From: Octopus sinensis
Lineage: Eukaryota
DNA: 64,000 bases
NCBI RefSeq assembly: GCF_006345805.1
Contig: NC_043016.1
Span: 15,252,001-15,316,000 of the forward strand
Reading direction: 5' to 3'
Numbering within the stretch: the stretch's first letter is position 1; the number at the start of each line of letters is the position of its first letter. Shown piece by piece: positions 12,150-24,586 of this stretch. The notes under the pieces were generated by a model. That model was not told the origin of the DNA. It searched no databases and was given only the letters and a program-made list of their open reading frames with translations. The position numbers were made by a program, and so were the translations under genes.

Positions 12150-14250
12150 TGATTAATGACTAATAGCTTTAACATAATTGCAAGATGAACTCAAAGACTA
12201 AAGGCAATTTAGAGAAGAAAAACATGAAAGTTGAAGGAGTCTTTAGCTGGTTGCAGTTTCTGAGAATTTCTCATTCATGATTATGGTGGAAAAGAAGATA
12301 TGGAGATGTATAAAATAGAAGAAATCTGGAAGTGTGTACATGATATCTTGCTAATAGACCAGACCTGTGAGTGGTGCAAGATCCTATTTAGACATAAAGG
12401 GACATGGTGGGAGAATAACACTGAAGAGGGAGCCATGAGAACTTAGAAACAGGCCTGGACAGACTGGAAGAAAACGGGCAGTAGAAAAAAATTTTATCAA
12501 ATTGCAAGAAGAGTAACAAAATGTATATGTACTTAATAAGGAGTGAGAGGCAGAAAGAAAGGAGTTGCACATGTTCTGTGATGTGAAGATCAGAACTGTA
12601 TGGTGGTTTTGATTGCAAAGAAGTGTGTTGGTGGGAATGGAGATTTCATTGGGGAGCAATATATCAGAAGGGTAATGGCACACATGCTCTTAGTGACACT
12701 GAAAAGGAAGAGGCATATAACTACTACTATGAGAAGCTTTTGAATGTGAAAAAAGCTTGGGGAGAGAGAGAGAGAGAGGTGGGGGACAGACAGACAGACA
12801 AGCAGTCAGAGAGAATATCTCAAGTAGACCCAGTAGAGGGACAAACCATCCAGGTTGTGACAATAGTTTCTAATTAAATAGGGCAGAAATTAGTCATTCA
12901 GGTAATACAAGAAGTAATTTCCCAATTTTGCCAATGAATATCATAGCACCACCATTGCAAACTGCTTCAAGAGTAGACAATTTGTATTAGGATAGGAAAT
13001 CACAGAAGCATCAAATTGTTGGACCAGGTTATAAAGGATATAAGATGTGTTATTACAATTGATTTAGAATAGGATTAAACTGGATGAGCTGTTGTTCAGT
13101 TTTGTTCCAAGTAGAATTATCGTTAATACCATTTTCAAAGGAAGATACCTGCAGGAAAAGTACTGGGCTCAGAGTAAGCTTTAGCATTCTCCAATCTGGT
13201 AAAGATCTTTGGTAGGGTTCTACTTTCTGTGATCTGGTTGTTGCTAAGAAAGATAGTGGTGGTTGAATGTGTGAAGGCTAAACAAGTCATGTGAGATTCA
13301 ACAATGAGTTCAGCAATGAATCAAGTATGCAGTTCCAGGTCCATCAGGGCTCAGTGGTTCAGTTCTTAGCTTCCTCTTATTTATTGTAGGTCTCCAAGCT
13401 GTAACAAGGGTGATTTAGACTGGCTGCTAATGATCTAGATCCTCCAGCAAAATCAGTAGAAGAGCTAGAAAAAGATTTCCAGATATGGAAGCAACTCTGG
13501 AATTGAAGAGCCTTAAAGTAAACTGAGGAAGGATTAAAAATTTAGTAAGAATAAAGCTAACGGGCACTTGCCAGCATTAGGGGATGGCCATATTCACTAT
13601 TCAAAAATGGCATAGGTATAAATTCCATATGATATGAACAGTAGATGCTCAAAAAGTTAAGTGAAGCAGACCAATTGAGAAAATATATTTTGTATGCATC
13701 TGGTGCACAAGAGCAATGAACTCTAAGTATTCTAGGAAATAGATTCTATCAAATGCCCAGGTGATTCCCTATTATTTAGGTGAACTAATTAGCGGTAATG
13801 GTGGATCTTCTGAAAGCACAGGAACAAGAGTAAGAACAGGTTAGAGAAAGGTCAAGAAGTCTTAACTCTTCTTACTTTTCCCTTTGAGTGAAAGGCAGAT
13901 TTTATGATGCTTGTGTTTCAAGTATGATATTGCATGGTAGTGGACCACGGGTTTTGAATGCTGAAAATTCATGGAAGCAAAGTGGCTGAGTTCCTTTTGA
14001 GTGTTGGGCCTCTTGAAGGTAATGACAGACTTTTGGAATTACATTGTGCTTGAGAAGAAGACCCATCAAACCAAGCAAAATTATAGTCATGGCAGATACT
14101 GGTGTCCACAAATGACACTCATGCCGGTAGCATGTAAAAGCACTCATTACACTCTAGTTGATGCTAGGAAGGGCATCCAGCCATAGCCTGTCCAACCCAT
14201 GTCAGCATGGACAATGGACATTAAATGATGATGATGATGATGATGATGAT
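12150..14250 (+). mobile_element. RTE-clade LINE, 5'-truncated and internally deleted, with 3'UTR and (GAT)n tail
   Basis: Frameshifted motifs: TWWENN, YYEKLLNVKKAW..VDPVEG, VHQGSV..LLFIV, SVEELEKDFQIWKQ..LKVN, KGRFYDACV..MILHGS; tail ends at 14250. Confidence 0.9.
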
Positions 14251-14504
14251 AACCATAAATTTCTCTATGGTACTGACACCAATTTATTCAATTACAAAAA
14301 AATAGTTTGCTACCCAATCCCAAAAGCAGCTACAATTCACAAGGGAATTGTAGCTGCTTATGGAACGATGACAGAAAAACAGAAAACAACAAATGTGTGT
14401 ATGTCATTGTTCAGTTTTATTTCAAGATTTCTTGCCAATAGGGAAAGAGCCAGTTTCCAACCTAGATCCAAGGAATTTCAACATCAATAACAGGATATTT
14501 TTGT

Positions 14505-14511
14505 TTGTATG

Positions 14512-14545
<34 letters not shown>

Positions 14546-14599
14546 TGTATGTATGTATGTATGTATGTATGTATGTATATATGTATGTATGTATGCATG

Positions 14600-14632
<33 letters not shown>

Positions 14633-14790
14633 GTGTGTGTGTATGAAGTATATAAAGATACTGATAGAAGTTATTGTCTCCAGTTCAAATTCCTTCTTTC
14701 AATGCATGGCTGAGCAATGACCTTAGCTTGACTACTTGCACACACACACATGCACGCACGTGCACACACACACACACATACACTCACATG
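14505..14790. repeat. (TATG)n, (TG)n and (CA)n microsatellites
   Basis: Read directly; source of the spurious MYVC ORFs. Confidence 0.95.
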
Positions 14791-14884
14791 CTTATTGCCA
14801 CATCTAAATATCATTATTTCAGTGAGGCATTGAAAACTTTGGTCTTATTTTGCGAAAGGACATTTTTTTTTACTTCGATAAGTT

Positions 14885-15340
14885 TCCGCCGAAGTTAGCC
14901 CAGGCCATGTCTAACTTAATAGCCCCACCTGGAAGAGATACACAATCAGCTCTCGGGCACCATAGCCCATTCAAGTAGAGAGTTACTGTTTTCAGAGACA
15001 TGTCTGAGTGTGGGTGGTTTGTCTGGTATTTGTTGGAGGTAATCATCGGGAGACCATTTGAATGCCATGAAGTCACTTTCCTCCTTTATATGAACTGGCA
15101 TGATGTTGAAGAGAGCAGAGTCAGCTGAGGTGAAATGGTTCTGTCGTAGTGTTGTGATACGACACAAACATGATTTCTGTAGTGAACGGATGGCATGGGG
15201 GCCAAGCCTCGGGTGAATTTTAAAGATGATACCTATATCATTTGGGCAATGTTGATGGAATATTTTCCACATCATGAAGATGATATAGCGCTCATGGCGG
15301 CGTTGGAGGGAGTAAAGTCTGAGCTTTTTGAGTTAATCAA
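14885..15340 (-). mobile_element. CR1/L2-group non-LTR retrotransposon 3' end
   Basis: RRHERYIIFMMWKI..PN..HPRLG..SALFNIMPVHIK..IPDKP..SNSLLEWA is a typical post-RT C-terminus. Confidence 0.75.
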
Positions 15341-16779
15341 AAAAGTCAAGGCTTGTCATGTCATCTAGGGAGCTTCAAGTAAGGAATATGCTCCTAAAAT
15401 TTAAATTTTAAATTTAGCTTTAATTATAAAATTACATTTCTCAACTGCTAAAAGCATATTTTTCTGATTTAGAATTATTGCATATATGTTCAAATGATTT
15501 ACATTAAATCAGACTTTTTTCTTTCTTTTTTCAGTTTTGTCAAATACTTGAAATTACTATAGGGGAGTGGAACGAATGAGTAATTTCTGATTTCTTGTTA
15601 TTTCCTTCCTACTTGTCTGAAACCATTACATTGCAAGTGTTACATCACCATTTTATACTTTTGCATCATCTTTAGGAATAAAAACTAGTCAGCAGAGTTG
15701 TTGATGTTGAAGTTGACAGAGTCCAAAACATAGCCAAGTGACAGATACTCTTGTTTTTTCAAGAAATTTTCCCTCAACTTTGAACCAGTTGTAATTGAAG
15801 TTGCTAATAAAATAACTGTATAATTTTTGGCATTTTAACAATTAATATTCTTTTCTCTGTTGAATTCCCACACTAAAGTCTAATTTGATCATTTTCAATT
15901 TTAAAAAATGACGTCTAAATTGGGGGGGAAATGAATAATGAATAATTTCGATAATTTCTCCTCTTTAACTTCATGCTGTGTAAATATATAAGGAAGAGAC
16001 ACTTCAGGAGATCATGGAGAAGCACCAGAGAATATTTTTAGATTTAACTGAGTTTCATTAATTTCATGTCATGTGCCATTTTTCCATGACCTCCTTTAAT
16101 TTGACCTAAATATTTAAAATTTTTGTACATGGATATTGACATGTATGACTCTTTTATCAAATGTAATTCTGGAGAGTTAAAGAGGCAAATTTACTAATTT
16201 TGTCCCAACTAAATTTTCTTTTATATTCTCAAAGAGAACAGATATAATTTTCTCAAAGAGAACAGATATAATTTTCTCAAAGAATGGTCTGAAATGTTAT
16301 TGTGTTTTTAATGCATTTAGAGATCATTTGCTTGGGTGATACAGTTTTTGTAAGGTAGTTAACATTTATAAAAAAAACCACAATAAATATTACTCATTGT
16401 ACCCCACCACCCCGTACTGGAAACTGAAAAAGTGGACTTTCGGAATAGCTGTCCATTACAAGTTGGAATTTTCCTGTTTTTGTTGGAATGTTCTGTTCTT
16501 TTTTCATGCATTATAAAACAATGAAGGGAGCATTTTTAAAACAAGAATTTAAAAAATGCATATCTTTTAAATGTTTGTTCCCCCACCCCCATACATTGTG
16601 CCTTTTGAACAGCAACGACCACTAAAATGGTATATTTTTATTTACCGTAATTTTCTGTCATCTTATTGTATTCTACATTCTGAAGTGTGTATCTATAAAG
16701 TGACATTTTCAGTGATTTATTTAAACTTTTTCTGCTAACTCATCAAATCCAATTACATGCCATACATGGGTTTTGAGAT

Positions 16780-16836
16780 TTAAATTTGGTAATTTTCTAA
16801 TATTTTAATTTTTGTATATGAGTCGCCCCCAAACTT
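16780..16836 (-). mobile_element. Possible hAT-like DNA transposon terminus
   Basis: Reverse complement reads caggactggatttaaactatgggggtctgggg, similar to CAGGGCCGGATTT-type ends; partner end not found. Confidence 0.3.
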
Positions 16837-17529
16837 GAAGTGCCCCAGACCCCCATAGTTTAAATCCAGTCCTGGCCATTAGTATATCTCTCTATGCTAT
16901 TGCTGTCTCTCTCTTTGTGGTTGCAAGTAGATACTTGCCTCTCTTGAAAAATCCAAAAAAGCAGAAATCTGGATTTAGCAATGGTACCATGGCTGCTTGA
17001 TGAGTTTCATTTGCCATTGATGTGCCTCTGCATTTTTTAGCATTATACATCTAAAAGACATGCTATTTCGAAATGTATACCACAGTTTATCAAGCTTTCA
17101 CTGATGTATCTGCTTTAAGTATGCTAGACAGATTGTTATTTTGAACTAATACTGCTGCTGTTACTCATAATAAATATATGTGTATATGTATGCATGTGGG
17201 GGGTGTTTTTAAAGTCTGGTACTTATTCTGTTGATCACTTTTACCAAAACACTGTTACAGAGGTATAAACATGTCAACACTTGTCAACGGGGGCAAGGGG
17301 GCAGGGGTGCAAACAGACACACACACAAACACACACGTAGTACATATATATAAGAAAATTAACTTGTTAGAAACTCTTTCAGTATGTGGCAACAAACATT
17401 ACAGCTATATATATATATTTGTATGTATATAGAAAAAATATATACACATTTATATGTATGTATGTAAAAAAATGCAAACTAAGCTTATGCACCACATAAC
17501 TAGATGAGCTTAGAAGAAAAGTCGTAGTA

Positions 17530-17578
17530 TTTAATTATTATTATTATTATTATTATTATTATTGTTGTTGTTGTTGTT

Positions 17579-17628
<50 letters not shown>

Positions 17629-17740
17629 TATTATTATTGTTATTATCATCATCATCATGATTATTATTATTATTATTATTATTATTGTTATTATCATCAT
17701 CATCATCATCATCATGATTATTATTATCATTATCATCATT
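17530..17740. repeat. Compound trinucleotide microsatellite (ATT)n(GTT)n(ATC)n
   Basis: Read directly. Confidence 0.97.
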
Positions 17741-18512
17741 AAAATATTGATATTACATTAATGCACCTATACATTTTAATTGGCAAATTTATCACATACC
17801 TCAAGTGTGTACCCTGGCACTTGCCACCATCTATATCTCTCTCTGCCCTTATTTAACCATCCCATTCATATTCTGATCCCTGTCCCTTGTGAGTATACTC
17901 AGCACTCTGCCACCATCTTCACACTCTCTCTCTCCTCCTGCACTTCACTCAGATTGGGTAACCATGTATCTCCTTTACGGCAGCACACCTGTTTCTGTCT
18001 TCATTCCTGATCTCTCACTCACTCCGGCTGGGCAACCTTGTACCTCCTCTACAGCAAGACACCTGCTTCTGTCTCACTATAAGCTTTCATCATCACCTCT
18101 TTCAATGCCCCCTCCCCTCTTAAAAGATCTTTGTCTTGCAGGTTACATGGTGACCCTGTCAGTGCAGGTGCCACTTAAAATGCATCCAGTCCACACTGTA
18201 AAGTGGTTGGCATTTGGAAGGGCACCCAGGTGTAAAAACCTTGTCAAATCTGACCTGACTTGTGCTTGTGCCATGTAAAAAGCACTAAGTCCACCCTGCT
18301 GAGTGGTTGGTGTTAGGAAAGGCATCCAGCTGTAAAAATCCTTCCAAACAGTCACAGAAGTCTGGTACAGGATACTGCTTGGCCGGCTCCTGTCAAACTG
18401 TCTTACCCATGCCAGCATGGAAGGCAGATGTTAAACGATAATAATGATGATGATATATACATATTTATGCATACATACATATATATGTGTGTGAGACTAT
18501 ATATATAGATAT

Positions 18513-19060
18513 ACATAGGGTGTGATGGAAAAATTGTTGCCACTTCATATCTTTAATTGTGTGCATGCTCATTATTTGTTTTTGATTTTGTTCACTACAA
18601 AGTATAGTAGGATCAGTTGGGTACTGTCTATGAGAAAAACAGCACCATAACGTACTTCACTCTGTCAGAAATTTGGAAATGACAGAGTGTACTGCTTGGC
18701 ATTTGCACTGGAAACTCCAGTATGAACAGATGGTAAACACACAAAACAACCGTTGGCTTGCCATGTCCCCAAAACATGTACCGAATCCAGTCAACACACT
18801 CAACACAGAGGCCTTCATCAGTTTCCTGGAGGAGGTAGTGCTGCCTTGGATTAGGAGGGTGGCTGCTGGAAGATCCTATGTCAGGCAACAGGACTCTGCA
18901 CCATGCCACACAAGCAGGAGAAGCCAGTCATGGCTGTCAGACAGTTTTTGCAACCACATTACCCTTAACATTTGGAGCACAGTTGAGTGAGAGAGAAATG
19001 ATGAACTGAAGGCAAGGATTATGGCAGCATAAGAGAGATTTTTTTCTCCACAGTAACTGC
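18513..19060 (+). mobile_element. Tc1/maT-like deletion derivative
   Basis: ORF 18673-18990 contains NTQNNRWLA..VVLPWIRRVAAGRSYVRQQDSAPCHTS; starts with a tacatagggtgtg TIR-like end. Confidence 0.8.
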
Positions 19061-19087
19061 AGTGTATTTTGCCTTTTCAACTAACCC

Positions 19088-20185
19088 ATATCATCATCAT
19101 CATTTAACATCTGCTTTCCATGCTAGCATGGGTTGGATGATTTGACTGAGGACTGGCGAACCAGATGGCTGCACCACGCTCCAATCTGATCTGGCAGAGT
19201 TTCTACAGCTGGATGCCCTTCTTAATGCCAACCACTCCAATAATGTAGTGGATGCTTTTATGTGCCACTGGCACAAAGGCCAGTCTAGCAGTACTGGCAA
19301 CGGCCACGCTCAAATAGTGTTTTTTACATGCCACCTGCACAGGAGTCAGTCCAGCGGCACTGGCAACGACCTCACTCAAATGTTTTGTCTACATGCCACT
19401 GGCACAAGTGCCATAAGGCAACGCAGGTAACAATCACGCTCAAATGGTGCTTTTTATGTGCCACCACATGGAAGCCAGACAGCTGCTCTGGCAGTGATCC
19501 TGCTCGGATGGAGCTGTTAGCACTCCACAGGCACGGGTGCCAGTTATTGAATTCGAAATCAAACCAAATTCGGCTGGCACTCATGCCAACCTTCCTTCAT
19601 TGGACACTAAACTCTGCTTGCGAAGACCTGTTGGGGCCAGTGAAATTGAAATTGAACCAAATTCGATTTCAAGAAACTATATATATATCATCATCATCAT
19701 CATTTAACGTCCGCTTTCCATGCTAGCATGGGTTGGACGGTTCAACTGGGGTCTGGGGAGCCCGAAGGCTGCACCAGGCCAGTCAGATCTGGCAGTGTTT
19801 CTACAGCTGGATGCCCTTCCTAACGCCAACCACTCCGAGAGTGTAGTGGGTGATTTTGTGTGCCACCGACACAGGTGCCAGACGAGGCTGGCGAACGGCC
19901 ACGCCCGGATGGTGTTTTTTATGTCCCACTGACACAGGTGCCAGACGAGGCTGGCAGACGGCCACGCTTGGATGGTGTTTTTATGTGCCACCGACACAGG
20001 TGCCAGATGAGGCTGGCGAATGGCCACGATCGGATGGTGTTTGTTACGTGCCCACAGCACGGAGGCCAGTCGATGCGGTACTGGCTACGGCCACGTTCGG
20101 ATGGTTTTCTTGTGTGCCACCGGCACTGGTACCACAAAGATACAAATTCCATTGATGTTCATCTATTTTGATTTGTTTTGATATG
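19088..20185 (-). mobile_element. Two RTE 3'UTR copies (19088-19470, 19687-20185) with tandem ~60-bp units
   Basis: Both start with catcatcatttaac.tc.gctttccatgctagcatggg; repeated ..gtgccaccgacacaggtgccagacgaggctggc.. units. Confidence 0.9.
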
Positions 20186-20584
20186 TATGTATATATGTAT
20201 ATGTGTGTATATCTAAAAAAAAAACATTAAAAGTCAGCTTGAATCTTGATTGCTTGCTTGCAATGTTACCCACCCAAACTGGTGCATAATGGGAAAATAT
20301 TCTGAAAATAATTTAATCCTGAAAGGGAAGAAAATTTTACCTTTTGTTTAGATACAGTGACCTGACAACAAAAAAGTATGAATTGTTTTTTTACAGTAAA
20401 TGTTTCTATTTTCACTATTGTTTAACACAATATTTTAATTATTTAGAAATATTTTTTACTGAATATGATTTCAAAAATGTAAATTATTTGTACAGTAAGT
20501 ATTTGTATTTTAGCTTTCTTTAAACAGACAATATTTTAATGTTTTTAAGGTTTTTTTCGAGTACATTCAACATTTCTCACCTCC

Positions 20585-20694
20585 AAAGATTTGGCTGCTA
20601 TTTCTAGCGCACCCACGTAACAGCCATTTGCGATAAAGGACCCGAAATACGTTATGTGGTAGCAGGGTGTGCAAGAAATAGCAGCCAAATCTTT
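20585..20694. repeat. Inverted repeat with 24-bp arms (aaagatttggctgctatttctagc / gcaagaaatagcagccaaatcttt)
   Basis: One mismatch; the tttggctgctattt motif also occurs at ~22941 and ~54946. Confidence 0.8.
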
Positions 20695-21353
20695 CCTTTC
20701 TGGGGAAAGGAGGTGTTTACTCGTGATTTTGATGTCACTTTTGTTGAAAGCATGCGAAATAACCTGGAAAAGAAAAAAAAAAAAACGCACGAAACAAAAC
20801 TGTTGCTGGGAGACTTTCCCGTGGACCCAACAGATCATGGGTAGTCTAGTATAGAAATATATATATATATATGTCTTGCTCTGTCCCTCTGACTGGGTAA
20901 CCATATATCTCCTCTACAGTAAGATACCTGTTTCTATCCCTCTATCACGTTCTAATCTTTCATCACCTGGCACAAGGCCACCTCCTCCAATGCCCCTCCC
21001 CTTACAAAGGATCTATGTCGTGCACATTGTTTGTTGACCTCGCCAGTGTTGGTGTATCCAGTCTACACTGTAAAGTCCTTGGGTGTTTGGAAGGGCATCC
21101 AGCAGTAAAAACCATACCAAAACAGGCCCCACCAGTCCTGGTGCAATGTAAAAAGCACTCATTCCACTCTGTAAAGTGGTTGGTGTTATGAAGGGCCGTA
21201 AAAACCCTGCCAGAACAGACAGTGGATCCTAGCTCAGTCTTCTGCCTTACTAGCTCCTGACAAACTGTCCAACCCATGCTAGCATGGAAAACGGACATTA
21301 AATGATAATGACAATGGTATATATATATCAGGGGTGTATATTCCGGGTGTGCT

Positions 21354-21506
21354 GGTTTATGGGGTTATCCAGGGTTTCCTGTCCATAAATGGTTTAGCTT
21401 TATGGCATATCATCAGAGGTCTTAGGCCAACAGGCTTTGGGGTCTGACAATATACCATAAAGCTAAACCCTTTATGGACGGGAAACTCAGAATAATCCCA
21501 TAAACT
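21354..21506. repeat. MITE-like hairpin, ~64-bp arms, ~25-nt loop
   Basis: 21354-21417 pairs with 21443-21506 with scattered mismatches. Confidence 0.9.
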
Positions 21507-22979
21507 GACCTTCCCCATTTTTCGTATAAACTGCTCCACATCTTAGAGTGCTTCTCCTCTGGATTTATGTTTTCTACAAACGATATATATATATATATAT
21601 AAATAACAGGCTTCCTTCTGTTTCCATCTACCAAATCCACTCCCAAGGCTTTGGTCAGGCCAAGGCTATAATAGAAGACACCCAAGATGCCATGCAGTGG
21701 GATTGAACCTAGAACCATGTGTCAAGAAAGCAAACTTCTAAATCACACAACTATCCTGACACTTTTTTTTCTTTTCACTGATGTCCATCTAATATCCATG
21801 TTTCTGTTTCAAAACAGCATAAACTCAGAATCGGCAAAAAATAAACATAAAGAAAGTGTTTTTGTTTTTTGTTTCTTTTTGTAAATTAGAAACTGATTAT
21901 TGTTTGCCGATTTCCAAATGCCCTACTTTCTCTTTCTTTTTTCATATACAAATATATTTCGTATGCATTTGAAGTGTATAAATATATTTTGCCCGCATAA
22001 GAAAAACGTTGCATGCTTCTCTTTCCGAAAATTCAGAATTCTGCTGACCCTAACCCTTAGTTCCAATTTATTGAGAATTAAAATGTAACCATAAATGCGA
22101 GCGAAATACATATTCTTCAAATGTAAATAAAATATATTTATATACACGAAAAAAGAAAAAATACTGTAGTTGTAAATCCCGTACCCTAATTAGTTTCTGA
22201 TTTACATATATATATAAAAAGATTTGTTAATTAAAAAGATATCTACAAATTTTGAATCTTTGTTGTATCCGAATGGGTTAATAAAACTACACTAAAACGA
22301 ACTATCTCAAATCAAAATCAATATCGACGTAATCTACATGCATTCATGTTTATATATCAGTATTTGTTCCTTATTCTTTCAATGGTCAGTGGTGGTTTTT
22401 CCGCGGACGTAAGTGGACAGTCATCATTTCCATGCCTCCTCCTCCCACTCGCTCTCTTTATCTCTCTCTCTCTCTCTCTCTCTATACCCCTCTCCCTCTC
22501 TCTCTCTTTCTCTCCATTGGAGGCTGAGGTTACGCCTTTGTTACACCCTGTATCTATCTACCCGTTACTTCTTATGTCCCTCAATATTCTAAGTGTTGCC
22601 TTGAGGAACCTGATAACCACGGGAAACTGAATAAAGTCCATTAACAGTATTATCATTTGTGTGTTGGTGTATGTCATGTACATTGAAAAACAAAAAATTA
22701 ATGAGCATCATAATGAATGTTATTAAAGAACCGGATACTATATATATATATATATATATAAGAGAGAGAATAAACACATTCATTACTGTTTAAGCTCCAA
22801 ATCAGCTCCGATCGAGCAGACGTGATCAAAGTCGTTCCCGTCGAGATCCTATTATTTCCCTTATATATATATACTTATAATGTATCAAATACGGCCTTCC
22901 TTTTTTCCTAGATCGGTTATGGTGTAACTAGAAAGCGATCTTTGGCTGCTATTTTTAGCACGTCGATCGACCAGTTAGA

Positions 22980-23100
22980 GGCTGGTTATTTCGCCCCGAG
23001 TCATGAGCAGTTCGCGTTCCGTGACTCTGAGCCTTGTCACATGATTAACATATGACGTCACGTGTACTCTCGCTCTTACGACTCGGGATATTTCGTCTTA
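22980..23100. promoter_or_regulatory. Candidate promoter: CpG-rich unique sequence with GTCACATGAT (23036-23045), TGACGTCA (23053-23060) and GTCACGTG (23057-23064)
   Basis: Motifs read directly. CpGs are visibly common at ~20.5-27 kb and scarce in unique flanks. Promoter function is inferred. Confidence 0.5.
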
Positions 23101-24505
23101 GTTGTCAGGAGTTTAGAACACAGACATATATATATACACACACATATATATACATATATATGTGTATATATTTACATCTATGTTATATATACCATGCTGA
23201 AATTGCCACTTATAGCTCCGTCTGAGATGCGTTCATGGTAAATTTTGATCTTTAACTTTATAATTATTTAAAAATCCATATCAATTAACCACCTTTAATT
23301 TATTATAATCAGCTTTTCTCTCCCAATGCTATTTTCATATCATGTTTACAAGTACCACATTGCCTGCATATTTATATTAATTAATTTGTCGGCGACATTT
23401 GTTAATTTATGTTGTATTTACATTTCTCAATAATAATAATAATAATAATACACTGCTGTTCTTGATATTGTTTTTTATGTCTTAATTACATATATTGCAT
23501 GATTTATTGAATACACCGGAAAAGAATTCTAGCCTTAGAAACTGGAGCATTGGAGTAAATGCTAAACCGTATAAAGAAGCTCTAGCTTTATTCCTTTCTC
23601 CGTCCTGAGATCAGTTCAGCCGGGATCGACTTCGTCTTTTATTCATTCGAGGTCTGTGAAGTAAGTAAGTAGCAGTCAAGCACTGAGATAATTACAATCA
23701 ATTAATAATAATGATAATACTTTCCTTAATACATATCTTGCATCATTATAGGTAATCATTGTTGCCAAGGTTATTTCCTAATTTAGTTTTCAATCATTTT
23801 TTCTTTGTCGATATATTCATTAGGTTAATAATTAATTAGTCTTAACCTTTTTTTTTCTTTTATTTCTCAACTAAAATTTTGTGACAATTAGTCTTTTATA
23901 ATTAAATTAACACAATTTCTTTCTCCCCCATGTATATCCCAGTAAAGACGATTGTCAGCTGTCGTTTATGGTATTTATTCATTGCCAACCGCACTCAATG
24001 ATGAAGATACCTTGTGACTGCAGAATATAATAACCTCCCTCATTATTTTAGGCATCTACTTCAATCCTCTCTCCTCGCTCAAAATTTTGAATTATCAGAG
24101 AAAATTACATATAACTTGTTTGATTACCAGACTGTTCTTTTTTTGTTGTTGTTTTTTTTTTAGCGATTCCCTCGATTCATCTCTTGTGTTCTTTATGACA
24201 ATTGCAGTCTTCGATCTTCCTCTAACGAAATTTTTATATTAATTTACGCCAAGATTCTTCTAAACCAAATACAAAAAAAAACAAAATATCTTTTCGGTTT
24301 TGCCCTTGTATTCTGCAAATAAAGGCGATTTTTCAAGTATATTATGAAATATATGACATCAACACTAACATAAGAGAAAAAGAACCGGCCTGCTGACAGG
24401 ACTCGAACTTGGTATTTATTGCATTCTACAGTTGCCTGAAATGCAATAAATACGTGATTAGTTTCGTCGGATTGCTGCCACCCACAAGATGGTGCTAATA
24501 CCAAT

Positions 24506-24586
<81 letters not shown>

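Noticed and set aside
16228-16285. 24-bp tandem duplication ttctcaaagagaacagatataatt
   Set aside because: Ordinary slippage duplication with no further structure.
19850-20171. Overlapping repetitive ORFs and a CRISPR-like periodicity
   Set aside because: Units are contiguous ~60-bp tandem repeats with no unique spacers, inside a eukaryotic LINE 3'UTR.
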